Of a stretch of 64,000 nucleotides of DNA, positions 18,764-29,854 are shown piece by piece. The position numbers were made by a program, and so were the translations under genes. Source of the stretch: a virus. Its lineage: Duplodnaviria > Caudoviricetes. The stretch's first letter is position 1, and the number at the start of each line of letters is the position of its first letter. Location of the stretch: IMG/VR virus record IMGVR_UViG_3300021399_000009, positions 44,607 through 108,606 of that record; one strand, given 5' to 3'. Below the pieces are notes generated by a model. It was given only the letters and a program-made list of their open reading frames with translations. It was not told the origin of the DNA and did no database searches.

Positions 18764-19720
18764 TTAATCACCTACTGGAAATCCGACACTTCTCAAATAA
18801 GAAGCGTCTTGCAATTGTAATGTGGTAACACCTGTCATTCCAACATAAGTTGTTCCAGTCGGAAGTTTATCTGTATTAATTATATACGGATTATGACTAT
18901 GACCATTATCATAATTAAACCTTGCATTTTGATACTCGGTGACATCCATATCAATGACATTGGTAGTGGAACTACCATCCGAGGGAAACAGAGGATAGTC
19001 CGAATTGGCTACACCTTTCAACGTTCCAGTTATTTTACAATTAAGTATCTTATTACCATAAGTACTTCCAAATAACTGGCTCGGTAAACCATAAAAATCA
19101 AATAGACAAAATTGATAATACTTATTACTATCATTTAATGCATTTTCTATGAAAGATGCGGAAGTACCAAAAGTGATGCTAAACGTTGTAGATTTAAAAG
19201 CTGGGCTACCATTTACTCCGCAAAAAGTCCCACGAGTAATAAAACCACTGAATTGTACATTGTCTGTTAATAAGCGGTCACTACCACTATTAGGAGTAAT
19301 AACCCCGTAGTAATCAGTGCTTTCTGAATAAAAGTTTAAAAAATTTATATTTTTTATGGTAGAATTTCCCGCAAATCTTAACCCACACGTATCATTAGGC
19401 ACATAACAATTTATTATGGATGCACCATTCCCATTTAAAGTAACACCATTAAAATTTAATCTAATACCCATAGGAGCATAAGCATTTGCATCAAGTATAA
19501 ATCCATTTTCATAATAATCACTTAGCTCAGATTCAACAGGAGATTGTATTCGATTACCCTGAGAATCAAAATACAATTTTCCGTTCATTATATGTTCGTC
19601 TTTAGTTTTTATTGGTACTATAGGCAACTCCACATAAGCTCCTGATGTGCCTATAGCCGTAACAAAGTCATCCCACGTATTAGGAATAAAAGGGTCATTC
19701 TGAATTCCTGTTCCCGTCAT
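18764..19720 (-). CDS. Beta-helix-like tail/adsorption protein
   Basis: GTG...DPF.P N-terminus, LNGNGASIIN pattern. Confidence 0.55.
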   Translation of the reverse strand: MTGTGIQNDPFIPNTWDDFVTAIGTSGAYVELPIVPIKTKDEHIMNGKLYFDSQGNRIQSPVESELSDYYENGFILDANAYAPMGIRLNFNGVTLNGNGASIINCYVPNDTCGLRFAGNSTIKNINFLNFYSESTDYYGVITPNSGSDRLLTDNVQFSGFITRGTFCGVNGSPAFKSTTFSITFGTSASFIENALNDSNKYYQFCLFDFYGLPSQLFGSTYGNKILNCKITGTLKGVANSDYPLFPSDGSSTTNVIDMDVTEYQNARFNYDNGHSHNPYIINTDKLPTGTTYVGMTGVTTLQLQDASYLRSVGFPVGD

Positions 19721-19735
19721 TTATTCGCACCTCCA

Positions 19736-20566
19736 TTATTCAATTTCTTCTATTCCCTCTGGTATATACACTGATTCGATAGTGCTATAATTAAAACCAG
19801 TAGAATATATTTTATTAATTTCTGTATTTTGTATTATCTGTGGAATTTGAGGATTCGTGCTGTTTCCTATGTAATAAATAATTGAATTGTTATTAGCATC
19901 AATAATATAATCATCATCTGTCGTAGGGTCAAATATAACTGTTTCTTCGATATTAAACCCATAAACAAAACATTCAAAATCTAAAAGAGTCACCATACCC
20001 TTGACATTTAATTGAATTTTATATTTTTGATTCGCTTCAAATTTTAAAGGAAACGAAACTGAAACGATTTCCTTTTCATCCTCGTTTATATTCTTATATA
20101 TCGTCTTATAGATTTCTCCATTAATTAATATTTGTAGTCCAAATTCTGTTTGCACCAGTCCTTGTACGTTCATATTAACATTCAATAGTGAAGGCGAATC
20201 AGCAAAACTTAACACCTTACAGTTTGCTAAAGGCATAAAGTCAATTGTTGGTAAATCACCAACGATATTAAAATTAATACACTGAGCTATTGTACTTCCC
20301 GAACCTTGTCTATTTAACGCAGCTCCTATAAAACAGTTCCTTTGGTTGAAACTGCCTTTGTAGAAAACTTGACATAAATCTCCCTTTTCGAGAGCACTTC
20401 CGCTTAAATTAGGCAATACATAAATACAGTCATTAGACAGCATCTTGACCGAAAAATTATTCGAGTCAACTTGGTCTAAAATAATGCAAGGTGTAGTATT
20501 AATAACGTTGCTTTCGACTATTGCTTTTTTTACCCTTTGGTCTATTACTTGTAAAAAATTATCCAT
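19736..20566 (-). CDS. Tail tip protein with short C-terminal LRR-like remnant
   Basis: SVYIPEGIEEIE at the C-terminus; tail context. Confidence 0.6.
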   Translation of the reverse strand: MDNFLQVIDQRVKKAIVESNVINTTPCIILDQVDSNNFSVKMLSNDCIYVLPNLSGSALEKGDLCQVFYKGSFNQRNCFIGAALNRQGSGSTIAQCINFNIVGDLPTIDFMPLANCKVLSFADSPSLLNVNMNVQGLVQTEFGLQILINGEIYKTIYKNINEDEKEIVSVSFPLKFEANQKYKIQLNVKGMVTLLDFECFVYGFNIEETVIFDPTTDDDYIIDANNNSIIYYIGNSTNPQIPQIIQNTEINKIYSTGFNYSTIESVYIPEGIEEIE

Positions 20567-20577
20567 ACTACACCTCC

Positions 20578-21777
20578 TTATTCAGTATATAAAAAGTCTA
20601 CCTGTGTGGCATCTACACTCATTTCACTACCGTCCAACGGCATAGACAAAGAAGATATGATGAATTTGTTGTCATTAAGATTATTTAATTTGTCAACAAT
20701 TGTAACAGCTTTTCCTACGTCCATATGCGGCATTAAAACTGAATTAAAGTTTGCCTTTAGTCCGTTGAAAGTCTCTTGTATAAGCAAATATTCTGCATAT
20801 TCTTTACAACGCTGCGTCATCCTTTTTACGTTTTCCTCAACATATGGGATTTCAACAGAATCCATTCTTCTAATTCCTACCAAGCTTACTCGTATAGGAC
20901 TGCATGGATTGTCATTATATGCCGTATAGCTAACATTCTCAAACTCAGACGAGTTAGTGTAAACTGTTACTGTATTTTTAGCGGAGTATTCATAAGATAA
21001 ACTTAAATCATTATACAGTCCTTCACTATCTATAAACTCCCATTCTATCGGTGCGTAAGAATATTTATTTGTAGAATCATCAGGTAAGCTTTTTTTAAAA
21101 ACCAATCTACCTGCTGCATCATAATAAACATCTGCACCATATCCGTCTGCAAGACTTTTAATCAAGTCTCCAATAGGAGCATTGCTATCCAGAGAAATTT
21201 CAGCCTCGGTGTAAATGCTCTTATAATAATAATCAATCAAAGGAGATATTGTATCTACATTGGACTGAACTCCGTTGGGTAAATTAAAACTTAAAGCCAT
21301 AGAGTCAGATATTACTTTATATATATTAGATTGAGGTTCTACAATATATTGTGTTTCGATAATGTTTGTGTTCAAGCTACCATCAATCGCTCCACCCTTA
21401 TCGATACCATTTACAGTAAATACCCCGTCTTGATTTTCAACACCCGTAGCGAGATATACACCCTGTTCAAACCAATAAGTATTAGCGTCATCACTTATTC
21501 CAATATATAATTTAAATTTCTTACTCATCCAAAACGGATTATCTTCATTTATAATATACTTTCCGTCCTGATTAAAGAAAGAAACATTGCAAGTACGTCT
21601 GGTCAATTGTTCTAAGTTGATAGTAATTTGTCCTGAAACATCTTTTAATATCTCCCCTTTAATTGAATCAAATGGTTTTTCAAAAATGTTAAGAAGTTCA
21701 ACTTTTACAAGATATTTTGGGTTGGATGCATAAAGCATCCTTTTGTATTCGTCATTAACGAGATTCAAATATTCCAT
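20578..21777 (-). CDS. Baseplate hub/Tal-like tail protein
   Basis: RRTC.VSF, KLYIGI...WF.QGVY, YYD..GRLVF. Confidence 0.65.
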   Translation of the reverse strand: MEYLNLVNDEYKRMLYASNPKYLVKVELLNIFEKPFDSIKGEILKDVSGQITINLEQLTRRTCNVSFFNQDGKYIINEDNPFWMSKKFKLYIGISDDANTYWFEQGVYLATGVENQDGVFTVNGIDKGGAIDGSLNTNIIETQYIVEPQSNIYKVISDSMALSFNLPNGVQSNVDTISPLIDYYYKSIYTEAEISLDSNAPIGDLIKSLADGYGADVYYDAAGRLVFKKSLPDDSTNKYSYAPIEWEFIDSEGLYNDLSLSYEYSAKNTVTVYTNSSEFENVSYTAYNDNPCSPIRVSLVGIRRMDSVEIPYVEENVKRMTQRCKEYAEYLLIQETFNGLKANFNSVLMPHMDVGKAVTIVDKLNNLNDNKFIISSLSMPLDGSEMSVDATQVDFLYTE

Positions 21778-21790
21778 GCAATCACCTCGC

Positions 21791-23611
21791 CTAATTTCTT
21801 ATCCATACATTTTTGACGCTTTCACATTCAATCCAGTCAAAAGAAACCTCTAAAGGTAACGGAGATATGTTTTCTGTAGTGTTTATTTCACTGTTTAATA
21901 TCTTAACAATATAAACTCCACCCTTTGCCGTTTTAAGAAGATATAATTCATATTTTTTGACGAACTCTCTCCATTTGTTCATCATATAAGCGTCATCTTT
22001 ATATTCCCCAATCCCACTTCGACAATCTGGATAACCCAGCATGGCAGTTAAATTACCAGTAAGATAATCATTCTGACTGTCAACAACTTTAGGGAACTGA
22101 GAATATCCTATGTGTGTTTCACGATTAATGTTTTGAGTTTCAGTAGTGTCCTGAATATCACCAACAAACTTCCACTGTTCTCCTACACCATAAATTTTCT
22201 TTTTTGTCTTTTTTGTCTCTGGATAGTCTTTTGTTTCTGAAATTAATCCACTTATTGTATATCCATCCATATTAACATTTATAGACTTTTTAGCAATACC
22301 TTTTTGGCTAATATAAGTTCCTCCTGCGTCCAGATAAGGAACTAACATATATTCAACATTGCATCGGTTAGGTACTGTGTAATCAAAATAACTACCATTA
22401 GCCATTAATTGATAATCTAAAAATTCCCAATTTTCCGTACCGACATATCTGCGATAGAGTTCACAATATATAACTCTGTTGTCTGAATCTTCGTAGAACC
22501 AAAGCAAACTTACAAATTGTTTTCCTTCCCATCCAGTGCTTATATAGCTTGGAGCAACGACATTATCATGTTGTTCTAAGTCAAAAGAATCAAGCGTTGG
22601 GTCGTATTCGTTATCTACTGCATTTCTTACATTATCTCCCACCGTAATGGTTTGCCCACTTGCACTGGTTATTTCATATTCAACGTAGGTGTCGCTGTAT
22701 AAAGACAGCATATCATCAAAAGCAAAAAAATCATAAAAGGCAAATCCTATATCCTGTGAATAAATATCGCCAGATTCGGCAATTAAAGTTTTTATGGTAG
22801 TATCGTTTGGATATGTCAAATATAAACGAACGTTATACTTGTTAACCAAATCACCTTGCTGTTGAGTATATGTGCCAGTAGTATCGAAAGACAAATGATA
22901 TATGCCTGTAGTTAAGTCTCGGCTTAAATTTCTACCCATAGTATCAACTTCAAAACTTGGAGTTGTTTTGAGTCCGAAACTATATTGTGGGGTAATTAAA
23001 TAATTCTTATAAATCCTGTACTGCATATTAGCGGTCAAATTAAAACTAAAAGGCTCGTCCACAACTACCTTGCCTGTTGTTGGATTATAAGAACTTATTA
23101 AGTGTCTCTCAGTATTTATTTCTATCATCATGCCAGACACAACTTTTTGTCCGATTACTTGTGATTGTAAATTAACCTTGTCAACAATTAAAGGCTTTCT
23201 TTCGCCATTTACTTCATTCCATTCGTAAATATTCTTTATATTATTCTCGATATAAAACTCTTGATTTGTCATTGATGCATTTGGTTGAAGCTCTCCGCTT
23301 AATGCGTACATATCGTATATCTCAGTGTCGACAGTTCCTTGCATTAGCATGACTTGGGCGATATAGTCTCGCCCGTATGGTGTTTCCCATGGTATCTCGT
23401 GCTGTGCCGTTTCGCCATTATAACGTATGTGTTGGTTGACTTGTACATTAACAGGCGGTGACGAAACAATAAATTGCCCAGATTCCAAGTCCCATATTTT
23501 TACCCATGTACACAGTAACAAATCTCCATTGAAAGTGAAGGTAATATCTCTGTCTACATGATGGTCTACTGCAATATTTTGTGGTTTAAAATTTGTTGGG
23601 TATTGAAGCAT
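21791..23611 (-). CDS. Distal tail/baseplate protein
   Basis: Directly after the tape measure; C-terminal LLKT.KG...VSFDWIE. Confidence 0.6.
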   Translation of the reverse strand: MLQYPTNFKPQNIAVDHHVDRDITFTFNGDLLLCTWVKIWDLESGQFIVSSPPVNVQVNQHIRYNGETAQHEIPWETPYGRDYIAQVMLMQGTVDTEIYDMYALSGELQPNASMTNQEFYIENNIKNIYEWNEVNGERKPLIVDKVNLQSQVIGQKVVSGMMIEINTERHLISSYNPTTGKVVVDEPFSFNLTANMQYRIYKNYLITPQYSFGLKTTPSFEVDTMGRNLSRDLTTGIYHLSFDTTGTYTQQQGDLVNKYNVRLYLTYPNDTTIKTLIAESGDIYSQDIGFAFYDFFAFDDMLSLYSDTYVEYEITSASGQTITVGDNVRNAVDNEYDPTLDSFDLEQHDNVVAPSYISTGWEGKQFVSLLWFYEDSDNRVIYCELYRRYVGTENWEFLDYQLMANGSYFDYTVPNRCNVEYMLVPYLDAGGTYISQKGIAKKSINVNMDGYTISGLISETKDYPETKKTKKKIYGVGEQWKFVGDIQDTTETQNINRETHIGYSQFPKVVDSQNDYLTGNLTAMLGYPDCRSGIGEYKDDAYMMNKWREFVKKYELYLLKTAKGGVYIVKILNSEINTTENISPLPLEVSFDWIECESVKNVWIRN

Positions 23612-23636
23612 AATTCACCTTTCCTTTCGATGATAA

Positions 23637-23658
23637 AGCCCCACAAAAGCGTGGGGCT
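23637..23658 (-). terminator. Hairpin after the tape measure gene
   Basis: AGCCCCAC/GTGGGGCT followed by TT on the minus strand. Confidence 0.55.
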
Positions 23659-23664
23659 AATCTA

Positions 23665-26600
23665 TCATTTTACATAACTCTCATTTAGTTTCAAATCCAT
23701 ATATGTATGAATTTCTTTTATAAACTGACTATGGAACTGTTGCGGATTATCTGCCTTTATAGTCATATTGTTGATATTTACCGCTGTGGAATTAGATGTT
23801 GGGGCAGAAGGTTTAAACGCTCTATTAAGTCCTTGCATAACTCTATTTTCGATTTGTGTAGCGAACTTACCTGTCCTAACCAAATCGTAAAGTTCCTTAG
23901 ACTGACTTGCATTAAAGACTGTCTCTGAGTGATTCGGTGTACCATGAACCATTGTCATACCAGTAAAGTCAACAGAGCCACCGTCTTTATATCCTTTTAA
24001 TCGCCTTATAATGTCAGCAGCTTTTCCTCTATAAGATTCTCCATTAATGACAGCAAGAGCAGAATCCGCAAAAGTAGAACCTATAGCATCTAATGCCAGA
24101 GCAATAGTCTCAATTGATGATGTTAAATAATCTATCAAGCCATCCATAGCAGGAGCACCATCGTTTGAAAGTTCTGCTATTTGATTTGTTAAAGCCTCTA
24201 TTTTATTTGTCGTATCATCAATTAATTTGCTTTTATCACTTATAGCGTTCATATAAGCTATATAGTGATTCTTAAAGGCGTTTAAGTTATTGTCTCTCGC
24301 CTTTAAGTCTGATGCCTCATTGATAGTTACTTGGTCTAATATTTTCATATAATCTTCGTTTGCGTTTTTAGCGGCTGTTGCTGCGTCTTGCACAGATTTC
24401 TTATATTTATTCCAAGCGTCTATCGTCTTTTGCTTTGCTTTAATCTCAGCATCAACAGATTCAATAGATTTTTTAAGTGTTGCAATTTCGCCATTAACAA
24501 GCTTAGAGAGTTGATTGTTGTAGGAACGATATTCATTCTTAAACTTGCTAAGAAGTTTGATGTCTTTATTTCTAATCTTTTCACGCCACTCAGAGCCAAG
24601 CAATTCGTCAGCAAGTCTCTCTTTTTCCTCTCTGTCAAGCAAATCTTTTATTCCAGACCACTCATCGGCATAAGCTTCAAATCCCTTTATTTGGTCATCA
24701 TAAGCCTTAATTCGCTTGTCTCTTTCCTTTTCAAGCTCTTTAATAGCTTTATCATCATCCGCTTGTTTTAGTGCTTCTTGTGCATTGGCAATTGCATCTC
24801 TGTCAACAGCATATCCCCAGCCCGTAGCAGCACCATAAACTCTAACTTTATTCTTCTTTGCGTTTTCAAGGGCAGCAAGTTTTTCTGCATAATCTAATGC
24901 GTCTTTTCTTTCAGAGTTTTCATCTTTAAGTTTATCAATAAGGTCATTATAATATTTTTCAACCTCGTCTTGATTTTTCTTAATTTCGTCAACTTGGTCT
25001 TTAACCGTAGCACTAATAACATCTGCCACATTATCATAGTTTTTAATAATATCTTCTATTTGCTGTTTTTGCTGTTCAAGAGCGTCAAGCTGTTCTTCTA
25101 ATATTTTTTTATTTTCTTCTAATGCGTCTTTTTCATCTTGAAACTTATCAATAATTTGGTCAATCTTATATTCCTGTGCTTTTAAAAGATTGTCGGCAGA
25201 CTTGTTTAAATTATCAAGTTCTGTTTTTAATTTTTCCTGAGATTTTTTTAAAGCATCTATCTGAGCTTGTAGCATATTCTGAGTATTAGCAAGATTTCCC
25301 AAGTGTGCATTATATTCACGAATGAGTGTTGTGTCTCTCTGAATTTCATCACCGTAAGCTTTTGAACTTGCTTTTAACTGAGTGATAGATTTACTAAGGT
25401 CGCTCTGCGTAGCAACAAGTTCTTGTGAGGGTCTTGAATTGCCTTGTGCTGTTCTTGCTATTTGAGAATTAATTCTTGCATATTCACGTTCGTATATTTG
25501 AATCTTCTTATCTACATTCTGTTTTGCAATGCGTGATTCTTCCAAATCTTGTTGAATAAGAATTTTATTTTTTTCAATTATATCATCTTTAAGAGAAATT
25601 AAATTTTCAAGTTCAATATGATAATTTCCAGAGCCATCTATACTTGGTACACCCAATAAGTTATTTGTATCTAAATTAAGTATATCCCATGCGGAACTGT
25701 GATTTAATCCTTCTCCTTTAACAGCAGACACCATAGCTGATTCAATCTTACTAATATTATCTAAAGCATCTTTGTGAACAGACTTTAACTGTTCCTTAAA
25801 TCTTTCATATACTACTTCTTCATTGCCAACTACTCCCTCCATTGATAATCCCATATTCTTCAATGCAGAATCAGCATATTGAGATAATACTGGGTATTTA
25901 TCAATAAGAGATTTTATTACATCTTCCTGCTCGTATAAATTTTGTAAAGCTCCATACTGTTGTGCTGGTGTTTTTGTTGAATCGTTAACCACACGATTAA
26001 GTTCTGCCATACTCTTGATTGTCGATTCATAAGTAGCTAAATCTTCACTTGATAATAAGTTTTCAAGAGACTCAGAATTAGAAAGCATTTGTTGTTTAGT
26101 CTGAATCGTGTCATAATAGTCAGAAACTTGTTTTAAAACACCTAAAACGTGGTCTTGTCTATCTCCCTCTAAATCAAAATAATCTGCTACAGAACCTTTT
26201 TGCTCTATTAATTGTTTGTAAGCATCAACGTAAGCGTCTATAGCTCGTTTTGTTTGTTCTGCATCCAGCCCCTCTTTAAGAGAAATATTATACCTTAAAT
26301 CTTTTACAGCTTGATTGCCAATCTGCCTTTCGATTATATCTTCATTATATGTAAACAAATCCGATACATTTTGTTCTTCTAAGGCATCTTTTAAAGATTT
26401 ATAAAATATATTAGCCTCGGTAACAGCCGCTTTTTTAACGGCATCACTTTTCTCCGTAAGAGTGTCTATTTTAAATGTAGACAAAGAAAGACTCTGCCCG
26501 AAGAAATCCTCGGCATCTTTAATTGTTTGTCTATTATCTGTAAGCCAATTTTCATTTCTCTGCTTTTCTTGTTCAAGCAGTAAACCGATATTATCTTCAA

Positions 26601-29600
26601 GTTTGCCATTAACTAAATCAATTGCATCAGCTTCAAGTCCATACTTTTCGATAATCTGTTCCTGTATATTAATAAGACTATCTTTTACATCGGAAAGATT
26701 TTCCGTGGATGATACAAGTTGTATGTACTGACCAGTTAGGTCTTGTATGTTTTTACTTTCTTGTTCATAAAGCTTTGCACTTTCTATGGTTGCCTTACGT
26801 CTTTCTTCCATTTCTTGACGTAACTGTTCTGCTTGTTCTGCTGCTTCTTTCTCCTTGTTAACCCATTTTGAAACGGCATTTACCGCCCAACTAACGGCAA
26901 GAGACAAGCCAAATGACACAAGGGTATTTAAAGCAGCAACGCCAGCTTGTGCAGCAATAGACTTAATTCTCACCCCATCAAGTGCAACACCTATTTTGGC
27001 AATACCACTTGCATCTGTTTTTTTCAAATCAGATTTTACATCAGACCATTTTTTACCAAATATTGTTAATTGTCTTGTTGCTTCTTTGGCATTTTCTTCA
27101 ACACCGAATATACCTACACCTTTTGTTATACTAAGAGTTGCACCCAATCCTGCCATTAAAGTTGGGAATGTACCAAGTTTATCAATTGTCTTAGTAATAA
27201 TTTCCAAGAAATTCTGAGCCACTCCAAACATTTTTTTTGTAGACTCATTGTTAATAACAGTGTTTGCAAATTCTTGATATGCAGCTTTCAGAGTATCAAG
27301 TGAGTACTGAATTGACTTTGAGTACTCCTCCTGTTCTTGCATCGCAGAACCTTCGGATTTGATAGATGTCTGTAATACATCGTCAAGTTTTTCGTAATTT
27401 CTCAAAGCACTTGCTACAACGTTAGCCTGTCTCTTTCCTGCAATTGCTTCAAGAATCTGTGCTTGCTCAATATCTTTAAGGTTGCCCCATACCGCACCAA
27501 GTTCTTTGATTATATCATAGGTAGATTTGAATGTATCTTTATCTACCATGATGTCTACACCAGTCATGCTTTTTATCATTGCTTGGAGCTTTGCAGTTGA
27601 TTCTACCATTCCTTCGGTATCTTCGCCAGCATCTTCGAGTTCTGCTTTCGCAGCTCTAATTCTCATTGAAACGGTACGCCATGCTTGTGCAACTGCAACG
27701 GGGTCTTGAACAATTTCATTAGCAACGGTAGTTAACGCAATTGTTTGGTCAAGTGTATTATTAGCACTTGCCATTGCTGATGAAACTCGTTTTAATGCCT
27801 CTCCAAGTCCACCAGAATCTACAGCAAACGTATTACTTACCTTGTTGATACGGTCTATAATACGCTCTGAATCTTTAGCTTCTAAATTAAACGCTTTCAT
27901 AATACTGATAATAGATTCAGCAGCACTATCTATAGTTATCCCGTCACCAACATTTTTGTATAGCGTTGCAACCCTACCAAGTTCTTCGGCATCTGGTAAG
28001 CTAAATCCAGCTCTACTAAATACACTTGTAGCATTAATGACATCACTAACACTTGCACCTAATGTTTTTGCGGTTGAAGCAGCGGACTTCTGAAATGCTT
28101 CAAATTCCTCATCACTTGCCTCTGTAACTTTCCGCAATTCTACCATTGCATTGTCAAGATTAACTACTTCATTCATCAATGACCTTATAGTACGAATAGC
28201 TCCTTGCAAAGAAATCCATTGCATAATGACTTGACTAAGCTGAGTTCTCATATCTCTAAAGAAAGCACTCATGGTTAAATTAGCAGCAGTAGCTTCTTTC
28301 TTTAGCACAACAAACTCTTGATTAATCTCTTTAAGTCCGTTTTCATCCAAATTCTCCGATTTGAGTCTTGTAATAAGTTCCTGCCATTTTTGAGCAAATG
28401 TTGTGACACCATCAGACATTAGCTTATTAGAGTTAATTACTTTTTTATTCTGTTGTGCATAGGAGTTCATGGATGCACTCAGCCCCTTAATGCCGTTAGC
28501 AAGTTTTGTTTGAGCTGCATTGTCATTCAAGGATGCAATTAACCGTTTTGTAGAATCGTTAACAGTATTTAATTTTGGCTTCAAGTTATCTAATTCGTTT
28601 TGAATAGCAACTAATGCTTCTGGCGTAGTTGCTGTTTGCAACTCGGAAGATAGCTTTTGATACTCGCTAATTAAAGACTGAATCTCAGCTATTTGGTTCT
28701 GTACATCAATATTGTTAGCATTTTTGCGGAACGTTATATTTGTGGTTTTAGAGCTAAGACCACTTATATTTGTACTAATTCTATCGTTTAAACTTGTTTT
28801 TGTAGAATTAAAATTTCTCGTTATTCTATCAAGTTCCTCATAGTATTTCTTCATATCTTTAAGAACTTGATTTTCAGCAGTCATTGCTTTTATTCTTTCA
28901 TCAAATTGTCCTTGCCAATATTTATGTTGTGCAGATTCTCGTATCTCTTTTTCTTGCTTTGCTAAATCAACTATTCGTTCTTCATCACGAATTTTTGATT
29001 TCATATATTGATTTTCGGCTTTTATAGCAGATATATCAGAATTTAAAACAGATAACTTATCAAGAAATTTATTCATACCATTGGTATCATTTACAGATGC
29101 CAATTCAGTTTTTAGTTCGTTTATTCTGTTAGCAAATGTCGTAGAATATAATTCAGCAGTTTTTAACTGACTAATAATTTTTTCTAAATCTGAAAAACGT
29201 TTCTCTTTTTGAACGTCAACACCTTCGTGCCTAAAGGTTGTAGCGTTGGTAGCCTCACGAATCGTTTTGCCAAGATACTCATACACTCTCGCTTCTTTGT
29301 TTAAACTATAAGTAAGAGTCTCTATTGCACCATTTTCTTTTTCTACTTGAACCACAAATGATTGTAACGACTGAGTAGCATCTTCATTGGCTCTACGAAC
29401 TCTTGAAGCAACATCACCAGTTCCATCAAGAAATGTATTAACGGTATTTTTAGCAACTTCCAATGTTTTATCGGTATTGCCAGTATAAGGAATCTTGGGG
29501 TAATAGCCTTTTGACATTCGAGCTTTATTAAGAGCTATAGCATTTTCAGTGGCGTTTTTAACTTCTTTATTATATTCTTTTATTTGTTTAACCTGAGATT

Positions 29601-29838
29601 GTGAAATAACATCGGCACTTGAAGAATTTGATATGTTTCCAACATTGATTTTAATATCTTTAAGCTGATTCTTAATCTCATTTATGCTATCTTTGTCAAT
29701 AGTACATTTTATTTGCAAAGCCTTTGAATTATTAATTCTGTCTCTAATTATAGGTATATCTGTATCTACGATTTGCCTAACTGATTTATCTTCATCGAGT
29801 TTTGCAATCAGTTCTATTATATTATCATTGACAGCCAT
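23665..29838 (-). CDS. Tail tape measure protein (2057 aa)
   Basis: Coiled coil; TP901-type core (LDNAMVELRKVT...IAGKRQAN); C-terminal GY..GG...VHGT....E.V. Confidence 0.93.
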   Translation of the reverse strand: MAVNDNIIELIAKLDEDKSVRQIVDTDIPIIRDRINNSKALQIKCTIDKDSINEIKNQLKDIKINVGNISNSSSADVISQSQVKQIKEYNKEVKNATENAIALNKARMSKGYYPKIPYTGNTDKTLEVAKNTVNTFLDGTGDVASRVRRANEDATQSLQSFVVQVEKENGAIETLTYSLNKEARVYEYLGKTIREATNATTFRHEGVDVQKEKRFSDLEKIISQLKTAELYSTTFANRINELKTELASVNDTNGMNKFLDKLSVLNSDISAIKAENQYMKSKIRDEERIVDLAKQEKEIRESAQHKYWQGQFDERIKAMTAENQVLKDMKKYYEELDRITRNFNSTKTSLNDRISTNISGLSSKTTNITFRKNANNIDVQNQIAEIQSLISEYQKLSSELQTATTPEALVAIQNELDNLKPKLNTVNDSTKRLIASLNDNAAQTKLANGIKGLSASMNSYAQQNKKVINSNKLMSDGVTTFAQKWQELITRLKSENLDENGLKEINQEFVVLKKEATAANLTMSAFFRDMRTQLSQVIMQWISLQGAIRTIRSLMNEVVNLDNAMVELRKVTEASDEEFEAFQKSAASTAKTLGASVSDVINATSVFSRAGFSLPDAEELGRVATLYKNVGDGITIDSAAESIISIMKAFNLEAKDSERIIDRINKVSNTFAVDSGGLGEALKRVSSAMASANNTLDQTIALTTVANEIVQDPVAVAQAWRTVSMRIRAAKAELEDAGEDTEGMVESTAKLQAMIKSMTGVDIMVDKDTFKSTYDIIKELGAVWGNLKDIEQAQILEAIAGKRQANVVASALRNYEKLDDVLQTSIKSEGSAMQEQEEYSKSIQYSLDTLKAAYQEFANTVINNESTKKMFGVAQNFLEIITKTIDKLGTFPTLMAGLGATLSITKGVGIFGVEENAKEATRQLTIFGKKWSDVKSDLKKTDASGIAKIGVALDGVRIKSIAAQAGVAALNTLVSFGLSLAVSWAVNAVSKWVNKEKEAAEQAEQLRQEMEERRKATIESAKLYEQESKNIQDLTGQYIQLVSSTENLSDVKDSLINIQEQIIEKYGLEADAIDLVNGKLEDNIGLLLEQEKQRNENWLTDNRQTIKDAEDFFGQSLSLSTFKIDTLTEKSDAVKKAAVTEANIFYKSLKDALEEQNVSDLFTYNEDIIERQIGNQAVKDLRYNISLKEGLDAEQTKRAIDAYVDAYKQLIEQKGSVADYFDLEGDRQDHVLGVLKQVSDYYDTIQTKQQMLSNSESLENLLSSEDLATYESTIKSMAELNRVVNDSTKTPAQQYGALQNLYEQEDVIKSLIDKYPVLSQYADSALKNMGLSMEGVVGNEEVVYERFKEQLKSVHKDALDNISKIESAMVSAVKGEGLNHSSAWDILNLDTNNLLGVPSIDGSGNYHIELENLISLKDDIIEKNKILIQQDLEESRIAKQNVDKKIQIYEREYARINSQIARTAQGNSRPSQELVATQSDLSKSITQLKASSKAYGDEIQRDTTLIREYNAHLGNLANTQNMLQAQIDALKKSQEKLKTELDNLNKSADNLLKAQEYKIDQIIDKFQDEKDALEENKKILEEQLDALEQQKQQIEDIIKNYDNVADVISATVKDQVDEIKKNQDEVEKYYNDLIDKLKDENSERKDALDYAEKLAALENAKKNKVRVYGAATGWGYAVDRDAIANAQEALKQADDDKAIKELEKERDKRIKAYDDQIKGFEAYADEWSGIKDLLDREEKERLADELLGSEWREKIRNKDIKLLSKFKNEYRSYNNQLSKLVNGEIATLKKSIESVDAEIKAKQKTIDAWNKYKKSVQDAATAAKNANEDYMKILDQVTINEASDLKARDNNLNAFKNHYIAYMNAISDKSKLIDDTTNKIEALTNQIAELSNDGAPAMDGLIDYLTSSIETIALALDAIGSTFADSALAVINGESYRGKAADIIRRLKGYKDGGSVDFTGMTMVHGTPNHSETVFNASQSKELYDLVRTGKFATQIENRVMQGLNRAFKPSAPTSNSTAVNINNMTIKADNPQQFHSQFIKEIHTYMDLKLNESYVK

Positions 29839-29854
29839 TCAATCACCCCTTTCT

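Noticed and set aside
11948-20566. Diversity-generating retroelement or invertible tail-fibre cassette
   Set aside because: No reverse transcriptase, TR/VR pair or inverted cassettes seen in the window
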